From contig NC_043020.1 of assembly GCF_006345805.1 (NCBI RefSeq), positions 1,922,001-1,986,000 on the forward strand: 64,000 bases of DNA, in the 5' to 3' direction. Under the pieces are notes generated by a model. It was not told the DNA's origin. It saw only the letters and a program-made list of their open reading frames with translations, and did no database searches. Positions 42,720 to 56,590 of this stretch are shown here, piece after piece (within the stretch, counting starts at the first letter, position 1; each line of letters starts with the position of its first letter). This DNA is from Octopus sinensis (lineage: Eukaryota). The position numbers and the translations under genes were made by a program.

Positions 42720-43171
42720 AACCAGGTGGAGTTCCGCTTTAAGTACCCCATATAACATCTCATAACTTTTTCTAGTTTTTGAAACTTTCAGAAATTTTTT
42801 GAAAATTTGTATTCTGCACATGGGAATTCATACGACTATGTAAAAAAAAATAATGAAGTTTTTGTGTCTGATTTAGGGGTACTTATTTGTTATCTTTAGC
42901 ACATCTCACGACCACCTGATACCTTCCTTGTTTCTTTATCACTCTGATATTTTGATGTTTTTCAATATCTTTCTCCCCATAAACATGTTAATGGTCTGTT
43001 GCTGGGATTGATGTCAAAATTTAGGGCAGTCTGTAATAAAAATTAAAAAAAGAAATTCGAAAAATTAAAAAAAGAAATTTTTCGTAGTGTTTTCCTCGTG
43101 TGTTTTGAAAATACCAGAAACTTAAAAAGTTATGAGGGGTTATATGAGGTGCTTAAACCAAAATTCTGGTT
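42720..43171. mobile_element. MITE-like element with about 65-bp imperfect terminal inverted repeats
   Basis: Left TTTAAGTACCCCATATAACATCTCATAACTTTTT matches the reverse complement of right AAAAAGTTATGAGGGGTTATATGAGGTGCTTAAA. No ORF, and TSD not resolved. Confidence 0.65.
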
Positions 43172-43855
43172 ATAGGGAAATATTCTTTATGTTGCATGGC
43201 TTGTTCCTCTGTTTTTTTTTCGTTGTTCGAAAATAAGTTCGTTTTCCATGTTTTTGTTTTTCATGTTTTCGTTTCTCATTGTGCTCAATGTTTTTTATAA
43301 TGTCCTGTACCCATATATACATGTATATATACACATATTTGTAGGTATGTACAAATATGTATCTATATATGCATATATTTATATATTATATATTATATAA
43401 ATATACATATACATATATAAAAGAATAAATAAGAAAGAAGAAGAAGGAGGAGAGAGGGGGAAGCGAAAGCAAAGAACACAGAAAGCAATTATGATTTTGT
43501 AAATTAATCATTTATTTATCAATATTAATGGAATGTTACAAGAAATATAAAGATAACAAATATAAGATTTATCATATCGTATATGATATAAGTTTATATA
43601 TAAATCTAATACCAAACAACGGTTGGTTAACATATGTACATAATAAAATATTGCAACGAGGGTTTTTTCTCCTCTTAGTATATCATTACACGTATACGCC
43701 CACGCATGCTCGTGGACGCTCATTCACTCATTCCTATAAACATTCAACCATACACACAGACACACACACAGAGGTTCACATCATAATAATCATAACAGAA
43801 TTTACTCAGAATGCAATGGACTGACATCATATGTGCATATGCATGTGTGCATATC

Positions 43856-43892
<37 letters not shown>

Positions 43893-43976
43893 ATGTGTGT
43901 GTGTGTATGAATTTTTTGCGTAATGAGATTTAAAAAAACAAGGCTGTATAGATATTAGAGCATTTATAGATAGAAG

Positions 43977-44028
43977 GTCTTACAGCTGTTTCTAAGATAT
44001 TAATTAATAATATCAATTCATCAGAGAC
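43977..44028 (-). ncRNA. Minimal type-I hammerhead ribozyme motif (Penelope-type), helix II base degenerate
   Basis: Minus strand reads GTCT CTGATGA ATTGATATTATTAATTAATATCTTA GAAA C AGCT GT A AGAC. It has both core boxes, a 4-bp helix I, a palindromic helix III (ACAGCTGT) and a GUA cleavage triplet. Confidence 0.65.
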
Positions 44029-44753
44029 GGTGTGAGAGGAAAAATTAAGTCATAGTTAGTTTCGATGTGATATAAATAGAGAGTGAGGTGGAGGAAAGAA
44101 AATAGATGTAAGATATGTATGGGTATTGAATATAGAATATTAAGGGACTAGTATACTTTCTTGCATTTGATGAGTCTGAATAAGCATTGCCGGACAGCAA
44201 AGGGAGACTCGGACATTGTTTTGAAAATATTTTTCATTTTTAACCTCGTATATAGTACGCACTAGGGATTTTGACCTTTAAATTTTGGGGAAAAAATGCG
44301 GATTATACTCTAGGATTTACGGTATGCATGCATTTATGCACATGTATGTAATTATGTAACTATATGTGAGAGAATGAGAGAGAGAGAGAGTAAAGGGAAA
44401 TAATAAAGTGTATTCTAGAAAGAATGTATAAAGACTGTATTATGAATCAGATTTTGTCACTCTCGATGTCGGTAATACTGAAGAGCAGTGATTGCTGGTC
44501 TGGAAACCTCTAACAAAGCTGTTGTTCACAATGTGTGGTGTTAAATATAATGAAATCAAGGGAAAAAGGACAATGAGAGTGAAACGGTTAACAGTAATAT
44601 TTATAGTCACTCGCTTGCATGGAAAATAAAAGTTATACGAACAAATATACGTCAATCTAAACATACGCATTCAGACAAACACTCATGAAGACACACACAC
44701 ACAGACACACACAAGCAGTTTCCTTGATATTCAGTTTCTGGTATGTGTAAGTT

Positions 44754-44784
<31 letters not shown>

Positions 44785-44999
44785 ATAATATATATATATA
44801 TATATATATGACAGTTTAGTTGTGTAGGTGTATGCATGGATGTATGTGTGTAAGTGTGACAGCCTGTATATTTATACATGTGAATATACACAGACGTGCG
44901 TGCGCGCGCGCGCACGCGCGTGTGTGTGTGTGTGTGTGTGTGTGAATACGTCTCATTACAAATACATTTAGCAACTTTCCTTATGTATGTACGCGTGTA

Positions 45000-45035
<36 letters not shown>

Positions 45036-45084
45036 TATATATATTCACATACATGTACTATATATGTTTATATATTTGTATATG

Positions 45085-45117
<33 letters not shown>

Positions 45118-45569
45118 ATATACATACATACATACATACATACATACATACATACATACATACATACATACACATATTATATATTTACAACCGCATAATC
45201 AGCGGTGGTGAGATAACACCATATGTTTTAGAATACGTGATGTTATCAAAAGCTTAAAAACAAGTCTTGCAGGTAGTTCGCTTTTAATTATTTTTTTTCT
45301 CTTTTCCTTTTAATTATTATATATATATATATATTTGCCTTTAGACAGTAGTCTCAGATCATTGCGAATAGCCCTCACCCCCAACATTTGCTTGATGTGT
45401 ATATATGTTATATATGCGTGGGTACCTGTATTATATTGTGTATATGTATTATATTGTGCATATATATATAATATATATATATAATATATATATATATATA
45501 TAATATATATATATATATATTATATATATATATATATAGATATATATATCTATATATATATATATAAAA

Positions 45570-45606
<37 letters not shown>

Positions 45607-45625
45607 CATTATATATACTATGACT

Positions 45626-46602
45626 TTACTTTCGTCTGGATGCTTCTTTCATTGCTCCTTCGCAGCTCCACGGTTTGAAAAACTGTATTTCGTATATGGA
45701 CGTAGGTTTTTTCATCCATTCCAGCACTTGAGTAGGAGTCACAATCCATACATCATCCAGCTGCATTAGTTCGTCTATAAGGGCATCGAGTGCCTCCAGG
45801 TGGTGCTCCGTGTGGAACCAACGCGCATGCACGAATATACCGAGCGGGGCCCGGTTACTGTTGTAATAACTATAGAAGTTCTTCCTCAGAAACTGGAGCG
45901 CTTCTTCCGTCGATGCTGTCGACGTGCAGCCATCAGGCATGGCACACGAATGACCATCGACTCCATACCAACGTTGGACTGGGATTTCCCACAAGCCTGG
46001 GTACTGCCGCTTCGGGCACGGCCCATGCTGGCAAAATTTCTGGTCGGGTACAAAATCCAACGTGAAGGGCCAAATCGGATCTTCGCTGCCCTCCCAAACA
46101 GGACCTGTAAACATGGACGTGTCATAAACTAAATCGGCATCATACACGGCGCGATACATGTTGTCTCCACCGAGCTGAAGGAACGGAACGCGAAAACCTT
46201 TGATGTCTTCTGCAGGTATTCCGGATTTCTCTATCAAATTATTTTTCATACCTTGAATTTCGGACATGTACTCTTCGTAGCTGGCGTTGGCCCACCATGT
46301 ATGCGGGAAGCGATGGCTCACCGTGTGACAGGCAATTTCGTTGCCCATTGCGTACAGAGGATAGACGAGATCGTAGTCGGTGCCTTCACCAGAGACGTAC
46401 ATTGCCCCACGGAATGGACAGCCGTTCGGATTGTAGCGGCCCGGGCGAAAGAGACGCTGGAAGTAACCGTAATAAGCTGCGGATATTTCGTCATCGAATG
46501 TGATCATGACCATCATTGGAGTTTCTTGGACGGACAGTCCACCAGGAATTTTCGCACCGGGACAATGGCAGTGGGGGAGGTAGCAGTCACTGGATTCGCA
46601 GG
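45626..46602 (-). CDS. Chitin deacetylase-like gene, coding exon 2: polysaccharide deacetylase (CE4/NodB) catalytic domain
   Basis: Acceptor TTTTATTTTCAG| ends at 46603. The phase-1 join (T+CC=Ser) reads SCESSDCYLPHCHCPGAKIPGGLSVQETP straight into the listed 296-aa ORF. CE4 motifs present: TFDD, HTVSH, FRVPFL, YDTS and FVH, plus RNPNGCP-like YNPNGCP and GLWEIP blocks of animal chitin deacetylases. 634+977=1611 nt = 536 aa + stop. Confidence 0.95.
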
Positions 46603-46659
46603 CTGAAAATAAAAGAAATAGAACAGATTAATAAAAACATGATACATACTGTAAAGTAA

Positions 46660-46695
<36 letters not shown>

Positions 46696-47499
46696 GTGTG
46701 AGAGTGTGTCTGTGTGTATGTGTGTGTGTATGTGTATGCATGTGTATATATATATCAAGGAATCTAGTACTCTTAGCTTAGTTTTTCCTTGGGGCTGGCC
46801 AGATTGAAGCAATCTCGAGTGAGTATAACCAGCCGAAATTGCAAAGATTATTTGGAACTCGACTGAGAAAAGAAAACTCCGAATGACCCGTCCTTGTTTT
46901 TTCTTGTTCTTTTTTGTATCATCTGTCTGGATGTTTTGCGTTCTTGTCCCATTTTTTGTATACATATATAAACACAGAGTAGAGAAACTTTAAAATGCAA
47001 ATCGTAAGCAATCAAACAGATTCCCGAACGCATAGATGAAACCATTCAATCGAAGTAGTTGTATCCTACATACTTATACACATCAACATAAATCATGTAT
47101 GTACAGGCGTGAAGATTCTCCAAGCGTGTAAAATATAAAACCATGTTTTTGTGTGCTACTATTAGTTTCATGTGCTGAGAATATGCGAAACATTATTTTA
47201 TAACACGTCTGGTATTCCAGCACAATCATCAGACACTGCCCACATGGCATAACGAACTAATATATGTATAAGTACCAGCTGATCATTGAGGTGAATGTAA
47301 TCGACTTAATCCCTCTGGAATTGTTGGACGTAATTTGAAATCTATAGTAAAGCTATAAGATTTACCGATTTAATAAATAGCTTGTCTCATCTTACAGAGA
47401 TTTGTATAGTTTGGTTTTATCGCTGCTGTTTCTTGTGCTGTGGTGTTTTCATAGATATAATAATATAGAGATTTTGTATTCGTGTTCGATATAATGATA

Positions 47500-47741
47500 A
47501 TGTCGACGATGTCGGCGACCAATACATATGATGATAATAACAACGATCACTATGATGAAGATGGTGATAGTGATGATGATGGTGGTGGTGGTGGTGGTGG
47601 GAGTTAGTGGTGAGGGTATTGATGGCGCTGCTGGTGATGGTGGTGACGGTGATCAGACATCAGAAGATTGAAAACGAAGAACAAAAGGAAGACAGGAAGT
47701 ACAGTAACAACAACAACAACTACTACTACTACTACTACTAC

Positions 47742-47837
<96 letters not shown>

Positions 47838-47901
47838 TAATATAATACCACTAACTACTATTACTCTACTACTACTACTACTATTACTACTACTACTACT
47901 A

Positions 47902-47953
<52 letters not shown>

Positions 47954-48690
47954 AGCAACAGCAACAGCAACAACTGAAGCAGTATTTACCAAAATAACTT
48001 GGAGAAATCATCAAAGTGTTGGCCATTCTTTCTTCCATATCTCTTTCCTTGTCTTTGACCAATTATTTGAACATGTTTCAGTTCCCTCTCTCGTTTCAGC
48101 TTTATCTTTCATCGTAGAAAACATGTCTGCCATCGAAACTCTATCTGCCAACAATCTCTCTCATTACATGGCTTTCATATATCTTCTTGCAAACTCTCAT
48201 TGTAGTTGTTGTGGTGATCGTGGTAGTGTTGTTTGTTGTTTGTTATTTGTAGTGGTGGTAGCGCTGTTGCTGCTGCTGCTGCTGTTGTTTTTAGTGCGTT
48301 GGTGGTGGTGGTGATGTTGGTGGAAGTAGTGTTACTAATGCCGAGATAATCGTTACTGTTGCTGGTGGTGTTGGTGTTGGTTTTGGTGGTAGGGGTAATA
48401 TTGGTTGTTCTTGTTAGTGGCAGTTTTGGTAGCGGTAGTGGTAGTAGTAGTAGTAGTAGTGATCACTCTTGTTGCTCCTGTTAATTTTTGTTGTTATTGG
48501 TCTTTTGAGGGCGTAGTAGTGATAGAGGTGGTAGTGGTGGAGGTGGTTGTGGTGGTCATGTTGTCATTTTTGGTGTGCTGGTGGTTGTAGTAGTGGTAGC
48601 TTCGTTGTTACTGCTGTTATTGTGGTTGTTATATTTGGCGGTGGTGGTGGTGTTGCTGCTATTTTTGTCGTTGTTGTTGTTGTCGGCGCT
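47500..48690. repeat. Intronic trinucleotide field: (ACT/AAT/AAC)n block, then (GTA/GTT/GTG)n block
   Basis: Direct inspection. Confidence 0.9.
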
Positions 48691-48699
48691 TGTGATAGG

Positions 48700-49835
48700 A
48701 GGTTCTACTTGTTATTCTCAAACATCTGGTCTGTTTGGATTGGGAAACCCCATGGGATTGGGATTTTGCAGGTCTCCGACTCCGCCACTCTGCGTTTGTA
48801 CTGCTACCGCGCCTTAATGAGTCTTTCTCTAGACCCCATTTGTCGCACAGTTTCCAGTGTAGCACTTTCGCTACGTCATCATGTCGCCACTGCCTAAATA
48901 GTTGAGGGCATTCGTTCACGATATAGGCAATGGTTTCATCAACTCTGTTGCAGATTTGACTCAGCGAAAACACTTGCCCATTCCTAAGGTTGACCCTCCA
49001 ATTTGTGGCCCAAATTTGGTCTTGCACTGCCAATATAGGGCTCACAGTCTCTTTTATCTTTGTTTTTTTCTTCAACAAGTATCCCCTATGTTCTCCAGCA
49101 ACTTCGTCTGTAGCTACACGGAGTTCATTGTTTAGTTCCTTGTTGTGCATTGCTTCTTCATGTCCTTACAATTCTTATTTTGCCCTTTCCTTTTTCCCTC
49201 CTTTCAGTATTCCCTCATTTCTAATTGCCCCTAGCAAGGTTTCCTCACTTTGAGTTAGATATCACAGGATAGTTCCCATGTTTGATATGCACGCAATCTT
49301 CCACACTAACCCGACCCGTTCCATTGTTTGCTGTCTTCATGCATGGGTGATCAATCTCTGCACCTCATTGACAGGCTCCATGCATTGTTAAGATCTTTCT
49401 TGTCTTCCAGTCCAACTCTTTTGGCTCATCCTTCACTTCAGAATTCCAGCATCATACCGAACCACGGCGACTGCGAGCGAGTTCATTGCAGAACTTACAT
49501 TTCTGGCATTAAACTTTCAATCCAATATTTTTCTCAATCACCGCACATACACTTTTTTGTCTTTCCTTTCATATCACTCTGCATATTTCCATCTGACTCA
49601 ACTATTCTCAGACATTTAAATCAGGATTCAGGTTCAATTACCTTCATCATTTCCCCACTTGGCAGACACATTCCTTTTGTTCTGGTAAACTTTCCTACTT
49701 TCATCACCATCATTGCACATTTCGAGAATCCAAACTCCATCATGATACCATTTGAGAAAATCCGCACAGACTGTACTAGACTGTCCAGTTATGCCTCACT
49801 TTTTATGAACAACTTCAAGTAATCCAGGAATATCA
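48700..49835 (-). mobile_element. R4/Dong-like non-LTR retrotransposon fragment (RT C-terminus, CCHC, start of RLE)
   Basis: HLIFLDYLKLF (degenerate FMDD), LDSLVQSVRIFS..MEFGFSKCA, ILAVQDQIWATN, C..C..ET..IV.EC..RHDDVAKVLHWKLC and SETCKI.WGFPIQTD. Many stops and frameshifts. Confidence 0.85.
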
Positions 49836-50205
49836 GGTGGGCGAGTTGGCACAATTGGTACGACGCCGGACGAAATGCTTAGCGGCATTTCGTCCGTCTT
49901 TACGTTCTTAGTTCAAATTCCGCAGAGGTCGACTTTGCCTTTCATTCTTTCGGTGTCGATAAATTAGGCACCAGTCAGGTAGTAGAAAGGATCATTATTA
50001 CTACTATTAAGGTGGCGAGCTGGCAGAATCATTAGCACGGTATTTCGCCTGTCGTGACGTTCTGAATGCAAATTCCGCAGCGGTCGACATTACCTATCAT
50101 CCTTTCGGGGTCGATAAATTAAGTACCCAGTGAAACATAGGGGTCGATGTAATCGACTAGTCCCCTCTCTCCAAATTTCAGGTCTTGTGCCTTTATTAGA
50201 AAGGA
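49836..50205 (+). mobile_element. Two adjacent group A SINEs (49836-50000, 50011-50205)
   Basis: Both have the head and central block; both end in TAGAAAGGA followed by (A)TTA/ATC repeats. Confidence 0.8.
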
Positions 50206-50633
50206 CTATAATCATTATCATCATCATCATCATTATTTTTATTATTATTATCTTTATTTTGTTGTTGTTGTTGATGATGTTTTTATTATTATCCTTATTA
50301 TGTATGTGTGTATATGTGTGTATGTGTTGTGTGTGTGTGGTGATGGTGGTGGTGGTGGTGGTGGTGGTGGTGGAGTACTTGTAAATAACAAAAAGCAGCA
50401 CAGAAGGTAAAATGTTGCATTAATTACAGAAAGAGCAGCGATTAAAGATCTCGTCTTTCTGTCATGTATGTATGTCCGCGTGTGTGTGTCTCTATACATG
50501 TACACACACCCACATATATATATGCACAGACACACATAACATAAAGACATACATAGATGGATATAGATTATATATTATATATATATATTATATATATATA
50601 TATATATCATGTATATATATACATATATATATA

Positions 50634-50676
<43 letters not shown>

Positions 50677-51248
50677 TATGTATGTCCTATATGTATAGAT
50701 ATAGATATATATAGATAGATAGTTATAGATAGATTGATAGATAGAGAGACATATAAATAGACAGACAGACAGATAGAAACACAGACAGACAAACAGACAG
50801 ACAGACAGATAGATAGTTTGTAGTTACACACATTTCAGCTAAGGTCATGGCTCGTACATTGGTACAGAAAAAATTCCTTCCTACGTGTGTCTCAGTGTAT
50901 GCTTCTGTGTTTGTTTGTGTTTAGTACATGTGTACATGTGGCAATGTGTATGCTTGTCTGTATTCGGTTGTTGTTGTTTTTGTTTTCTTCACATTCCGGT
51001 GTTAATTTGTTCAAGAAATATTGCAGACAATTGAGAACGATTCTCGTGGCACAGGTGTGTACGATAATTATATCATATCGAAATCTAATATATAAATTTT
51101 ACATACACTTAATCACATTTATGCATGCGTTTGTATGTGTGTAGGTACACATGTATGTGTGTGTGTGTGTGTGTATAGAAACATACATGAAGATATCTTA
51201 ATAATACAACATATGAGAATAATACAACAGAAACACAGACACACACAA

Positions 51249-51285
<37 letters not shown>

Positions 51286-51527
51286 GTATGTATATATATG
51301 CATATTATATATATGCATATATATTTATACATATGTGTGTGTGTGTATGCGTGTGAGTATGTACATGCATATATCTATACCTATCGATCTATCGATATAT
51401 ATAATATATATATATAATATATATATCTATATATATATATATGCAAATGTACGTATGCATAAATGCATACATGTAGATAGGCTAATAGTATATGCATATA
51501 ATACAATATATATATATACACACATAC

Positions 51528-51577
<50 letters not shown>

Positions 51578-51859
51578 CAAAAATATAAATAATAATATTA
51601 TTTATATTATTGTATGATTGAACGCCACGCATCATCTTCCAAATATATATATATATGTATGTATATATATATGTATGTAGTATGTACGTATATGTATATG
51701 TATTATATATATGTATCATGTATATATGTATATATATGTATGATGCATCTATTTATATATATATAGATATAATACATACATATATATATATATATATATA
51801 GATATATATATATATATATATTATGTAGTATGTATGTATCTATGTATATATTATATGTA

Positions 51860-51923
<64 letters not shown>

Positions 51924-52249
51924 CTGCATACATATGGACAGGTTAATAGGACAGTGTGATATACGTGTGTGCGAGTAATGTATCATATACCTAATCAAAT
52001 TTATCGATCGAATATGTCATGACGAATGCGTTGGTAGCAAAACAGAGCAATGCAGAAGCCACGTTAAATGGCTGTTTGTGGTGTCAAATGGAAATAGTGT
52101 AATACTGAGTTTATACTGATGATGACTATGATGCTGGTTGTTGTTTATTGTAATCGTTGTTGTTTGTATGGTTGCTGTCTTCATGGTGGTAGTGGTGGTG
52201 GTGAGTAAATCATTATACACACAGACACACTCATTATATATGTATATAT

Positions 52250-52298
<49 letters not shown>

Positions 52299-52442
52299 GC
52301 ATACATACATACATACTACATACATACATACTACATACATACATACTACATACATATATACAGTATTTGTGTGTGTGTTGTGTGTATAGATATTTATATA
52401 TATATATATGCCTGATTAGATATACAGATGCATATGTATATG

Positions 52443-52491
<49 letters not shown>

Positions 52492-53570
52492 TACATATAT
52501 ATGTATTATATGTGTGTGTGTATATATATATTATTTATATTATATATATATATTATTTATATTTAAATACATACATATATATATGTGTGTATATATGTGT
52601 ATATATATATATTGTATAATATATATATATATATATATATAATATATATATAGATGAGTGTATTTTACTTGTTTAAACCTGCGTTAACTCCTTTTTTATT
52701 CATATATATATATATAAGTGTGTGTGTATATGAATATACATGCACACCTTTGTTTTTATAACGTCAAAACATGAGTGTATAAAAGTCGTGTTTATGTCAT
52801 GAAGACGTAGATTGGATTTGGGAAAACTAACCGTTATTTGGTATTTAAGATAATTGCAAAATTATAAAACAATTCCTCAAATATGTAACACAATATTTCA
52901 CGCTGTATACTGAATATTTGACAACAGAAGTCGACTAATGCTTTTGTGTTGTGTTTTAGACTGATATTCCTATTATGTATTACATAGTTATCTGCATATC
53001 CAATCAGGCATTTGGTGTATGTAGATAAAGACTGTACGTCAAGAGATATGCAGGCAGTATTAGCTGAGCAAATTGTTCTTGTTTAGCGCATATCTTTTAG
53101 TTTTGTATGGTTATGAATATGAATGTTTGGACATGAATAAGAAGCTGTGTGAACAAAGAAACTGTGTACGAAGATTTTGATCTTGTAAATAGAAAACACA
53201 CACACCAAGAGAGAGAGAGAGAGAGATGGGGTGGAAGGGAGAGAGAGGGAAAGAGAGAGAAAGAGAGGCTGATAGTCGTTAGTAAGCATTTTGCTCGTCT
53301 TTACGTTATGGGTTCAAATTCTGCCGTGGTGGTCTAAAGTATCATTTGAACACCGGGATCTATCTATCTATATCTATAATTAAATAATAAGGGTGAAAAA
53401 TTGAATGTTAATTTGATTAATATCAATTTAGAACCCGTGGTCTAGCAAAGTGAAGAATCTGAAGATCCAGAAAAATTATATTACATATATATAAGAGGGA
53501 TGACCACTAAGTGTGGACATCCATTGTGCTGGATGTAGGCCCCATAAAAATCCATCTCCATATATATATA

Positions 53571-53878
53571 TCACCGTCACCGTCACCGACCAGGCTATCA
53601 GATGTTGCTACACATCGCTGGTCACAATGCACTTCGCATTGTTTTAGCCTTCAAATGACGCCACCCCGCTGGCTAAGCGAGCAGGCCAACAGAAGAAAGA
53701 GTGAGAGAAAGTTGTGGCGAAAGAGTACAGCAGGGATCGCCACCACCCCCTGCCGGAGCTTCGTGGAGCTTTAGGCGTTTTCGCTCAGTAAACACTCACA
53801 ACGCCCGATCTGGGAATCGAAACCGTGATTCTACGAGCGTGAGTCCACTGCCCTAACCACTGGGCCATTGCACCTCCA
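53571..53878 (-). mobile_element. SINE group B, tail type 1 (intronic)
   Basis: Full-length copy with a (GTGACG)n tail. Confidence 0.9.
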
Positions 53879-53969
53879 TATATATATATATATATATATA
53901 TATATTGAGAGAGAGAGAGACAGGCATACATACATACATACATACATACATACTACATACATACATACA

Positions 53970-54004
<35 letters not shown>

Positions 54005-54404
54005 GGAATGAACTAAAATTCTTTCTTGAACGCTGGATATAGAAACTAAAATTGGAGTAGCAAGTTAAATAGTTCCACCCGTTCAAAGAAAAGCACTATT
54101 TGGCAGAGATAAAAGTGCAGTTGGAATGGTATCGTTACGGATAGAAGTGTTTTATAATAGATCGAGAAACTTATATAAGAAAATTTCGAGATAAGAGAAA
54201 TTCTAGAACACACTAATAGACATTAGATATATTGTTTCGGCTTTAGGTTCTAATCTTTAACCCTGGTGACTTAGGAAATGATGGCGAAAGGCAGACATTT
54301 AGAGAAGTAAATAAGATACAAGAAGCTAACTGAATAGATATGAGGATAGATTCAATACGGGTATAGTTCGATGCGAAGAATGTGAGTGGGGTAAATAGGT
54401 AAAG

Positions 54405-55240
<836 letters not shown>

Positions 55241-55694
55241 GCGTTGAATATAGTAGAACCCCTGGGTGAGCTTGGGTTATTTAGTTTTTTGGTAAATGTT
55301 GGATGTAGAAAGACATAAAAATGTAGTTATTGCTATTAGGTAGTTATTGTCATTATTGGTTTCTAATAGGTCGGGAGTAAAGCTGCTAAAGATAACTGGC
55401 ATAATATAACGGTGTTCCGACCAATCGGTGTTCCGGAGAATGTGAGATATATGTAGTAAAATTTATACTGTGGCTATCTGCAACGAGACTGTGGTAGGAT
55501 AAACCAACGAATGCAGAGATAGTTGCGGTTTTGTAGAGTGTACTATTTAAGCAGAAAAAGTGATCAGGTATGGTCAAGAGTGTCTGTGTGACGATAAGGA
55601 ATGCAAGAATGAAACAAGTTGATGAGAGAGTTGGAAACTGCATAAGATTTGGAGAGTTGTTGAAACAACATTCAGTTATTGCAGAAGATATACT

Positions 55695-55732
55695 ATGCTG
55701 ATGAGGTCAAATAAACCGAAACATTTGTCCAT
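55695..55732 (+). ncRNA. Minimal type-I hammerhead ribozyme motif
   Basis: ATG CTGATGA GGT CAAATAA ACC GAAA C ATTT GT C CAT. The core is intact with a G10.1-C11.1 pair, 3-bp helix II, 2-bp helix III, GUC triplet and 3-bp helix I. Confidence 0.6.
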
Positions 55733-56289
55733 TTTTTCTCATGTCTAAAAAAGATCAGACTGTCCTTCGCTGAAGCGTGAAAATTAATTTGAGAATTTCA
55801 TTCTCAAGTCATTCAAATTACCTCCCCTTATGTTTGAATGTCGCTCAAGCTTTCCGTCAGGTTTTAATTTTCTTTTTTCCAAATGAGGAGTTTATATCAC
55901 TAAACTAGTGTTTTTGAGCATAACCTTCAGCAAGTCACTCTTCCACCGAATTACCAGAGAACACAGCCATCTTAAACTATAACATTGATATATACTAGAT
56001 TATCTTAGATTACATATAAACATGACTTAGAAGCAGTTTATACATAGTCATGGCGCCAGAGCCCCCCCCCCAATTATACCATCATACCGTCACTGGTAAG
56101 ATAAGTGTATCTTCGACTACTCATATATTCAAAAACAGTCACTTATTTACATATAGAAGGGCCACCGTCTTTTCCTAAATCCCATGATTAAATAGTTTTG
56201 AAATCAGCAACCACATTTAATTTACAGCATTATCACAGTTAATTACTGCTGAAAATTATGGAATAATTTTACGTTGATAAACTCAAACG

Positions 56290-56435
56290 TATGTTTGTGG
56301 ATAAGAAGGTCGCTTTGCAACGACGCGATTTCTGGGTTCAGTTCCAGTGCACGACACCTCGGCAAATTGTCTTTTACTGTAACCCTGGGCATTGCAAGTG
56401 AATTTAGTAGACAGAAACTGTGGAAGCCCGACGTA

Positions 56436-56481
<46 letters not shown>

Positions 56482-56556
56482 TATGTATATGTATAACCGT
56501 CTTTCTTTCTTTCTTTCTTTCTCTTCTCTGTTTGTCTCTGTCTGTCTGTCCGTCTG

Positions 56557-56590
<34 letters not shown>

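Noticed and set aside
45790-46606. Plus-strand and alternate-frame ORFs overlapping exon 2
   Set aside because: Shadow ORFs of a GC-richer coding exon; no recognisable motifs.
46785-46900. GGCTGG/CCAGCC stem followed by GAAA, and CTGAGAA...CCGAAT
   Set aside because: Neither arrangement has both hammerhead core boxes intact; probably a repeat terminus that cannot be classified by eye.
46513-46965. 150-aa minus-strand ORF ending PANPVTATSP...KKLQ
   Set aside because: It is intron sequence plus the wrong frame of exon 2. A phase-0 use of the acceptor stops after 29 codons, whereas phase 1 gives the conserved Cys module.
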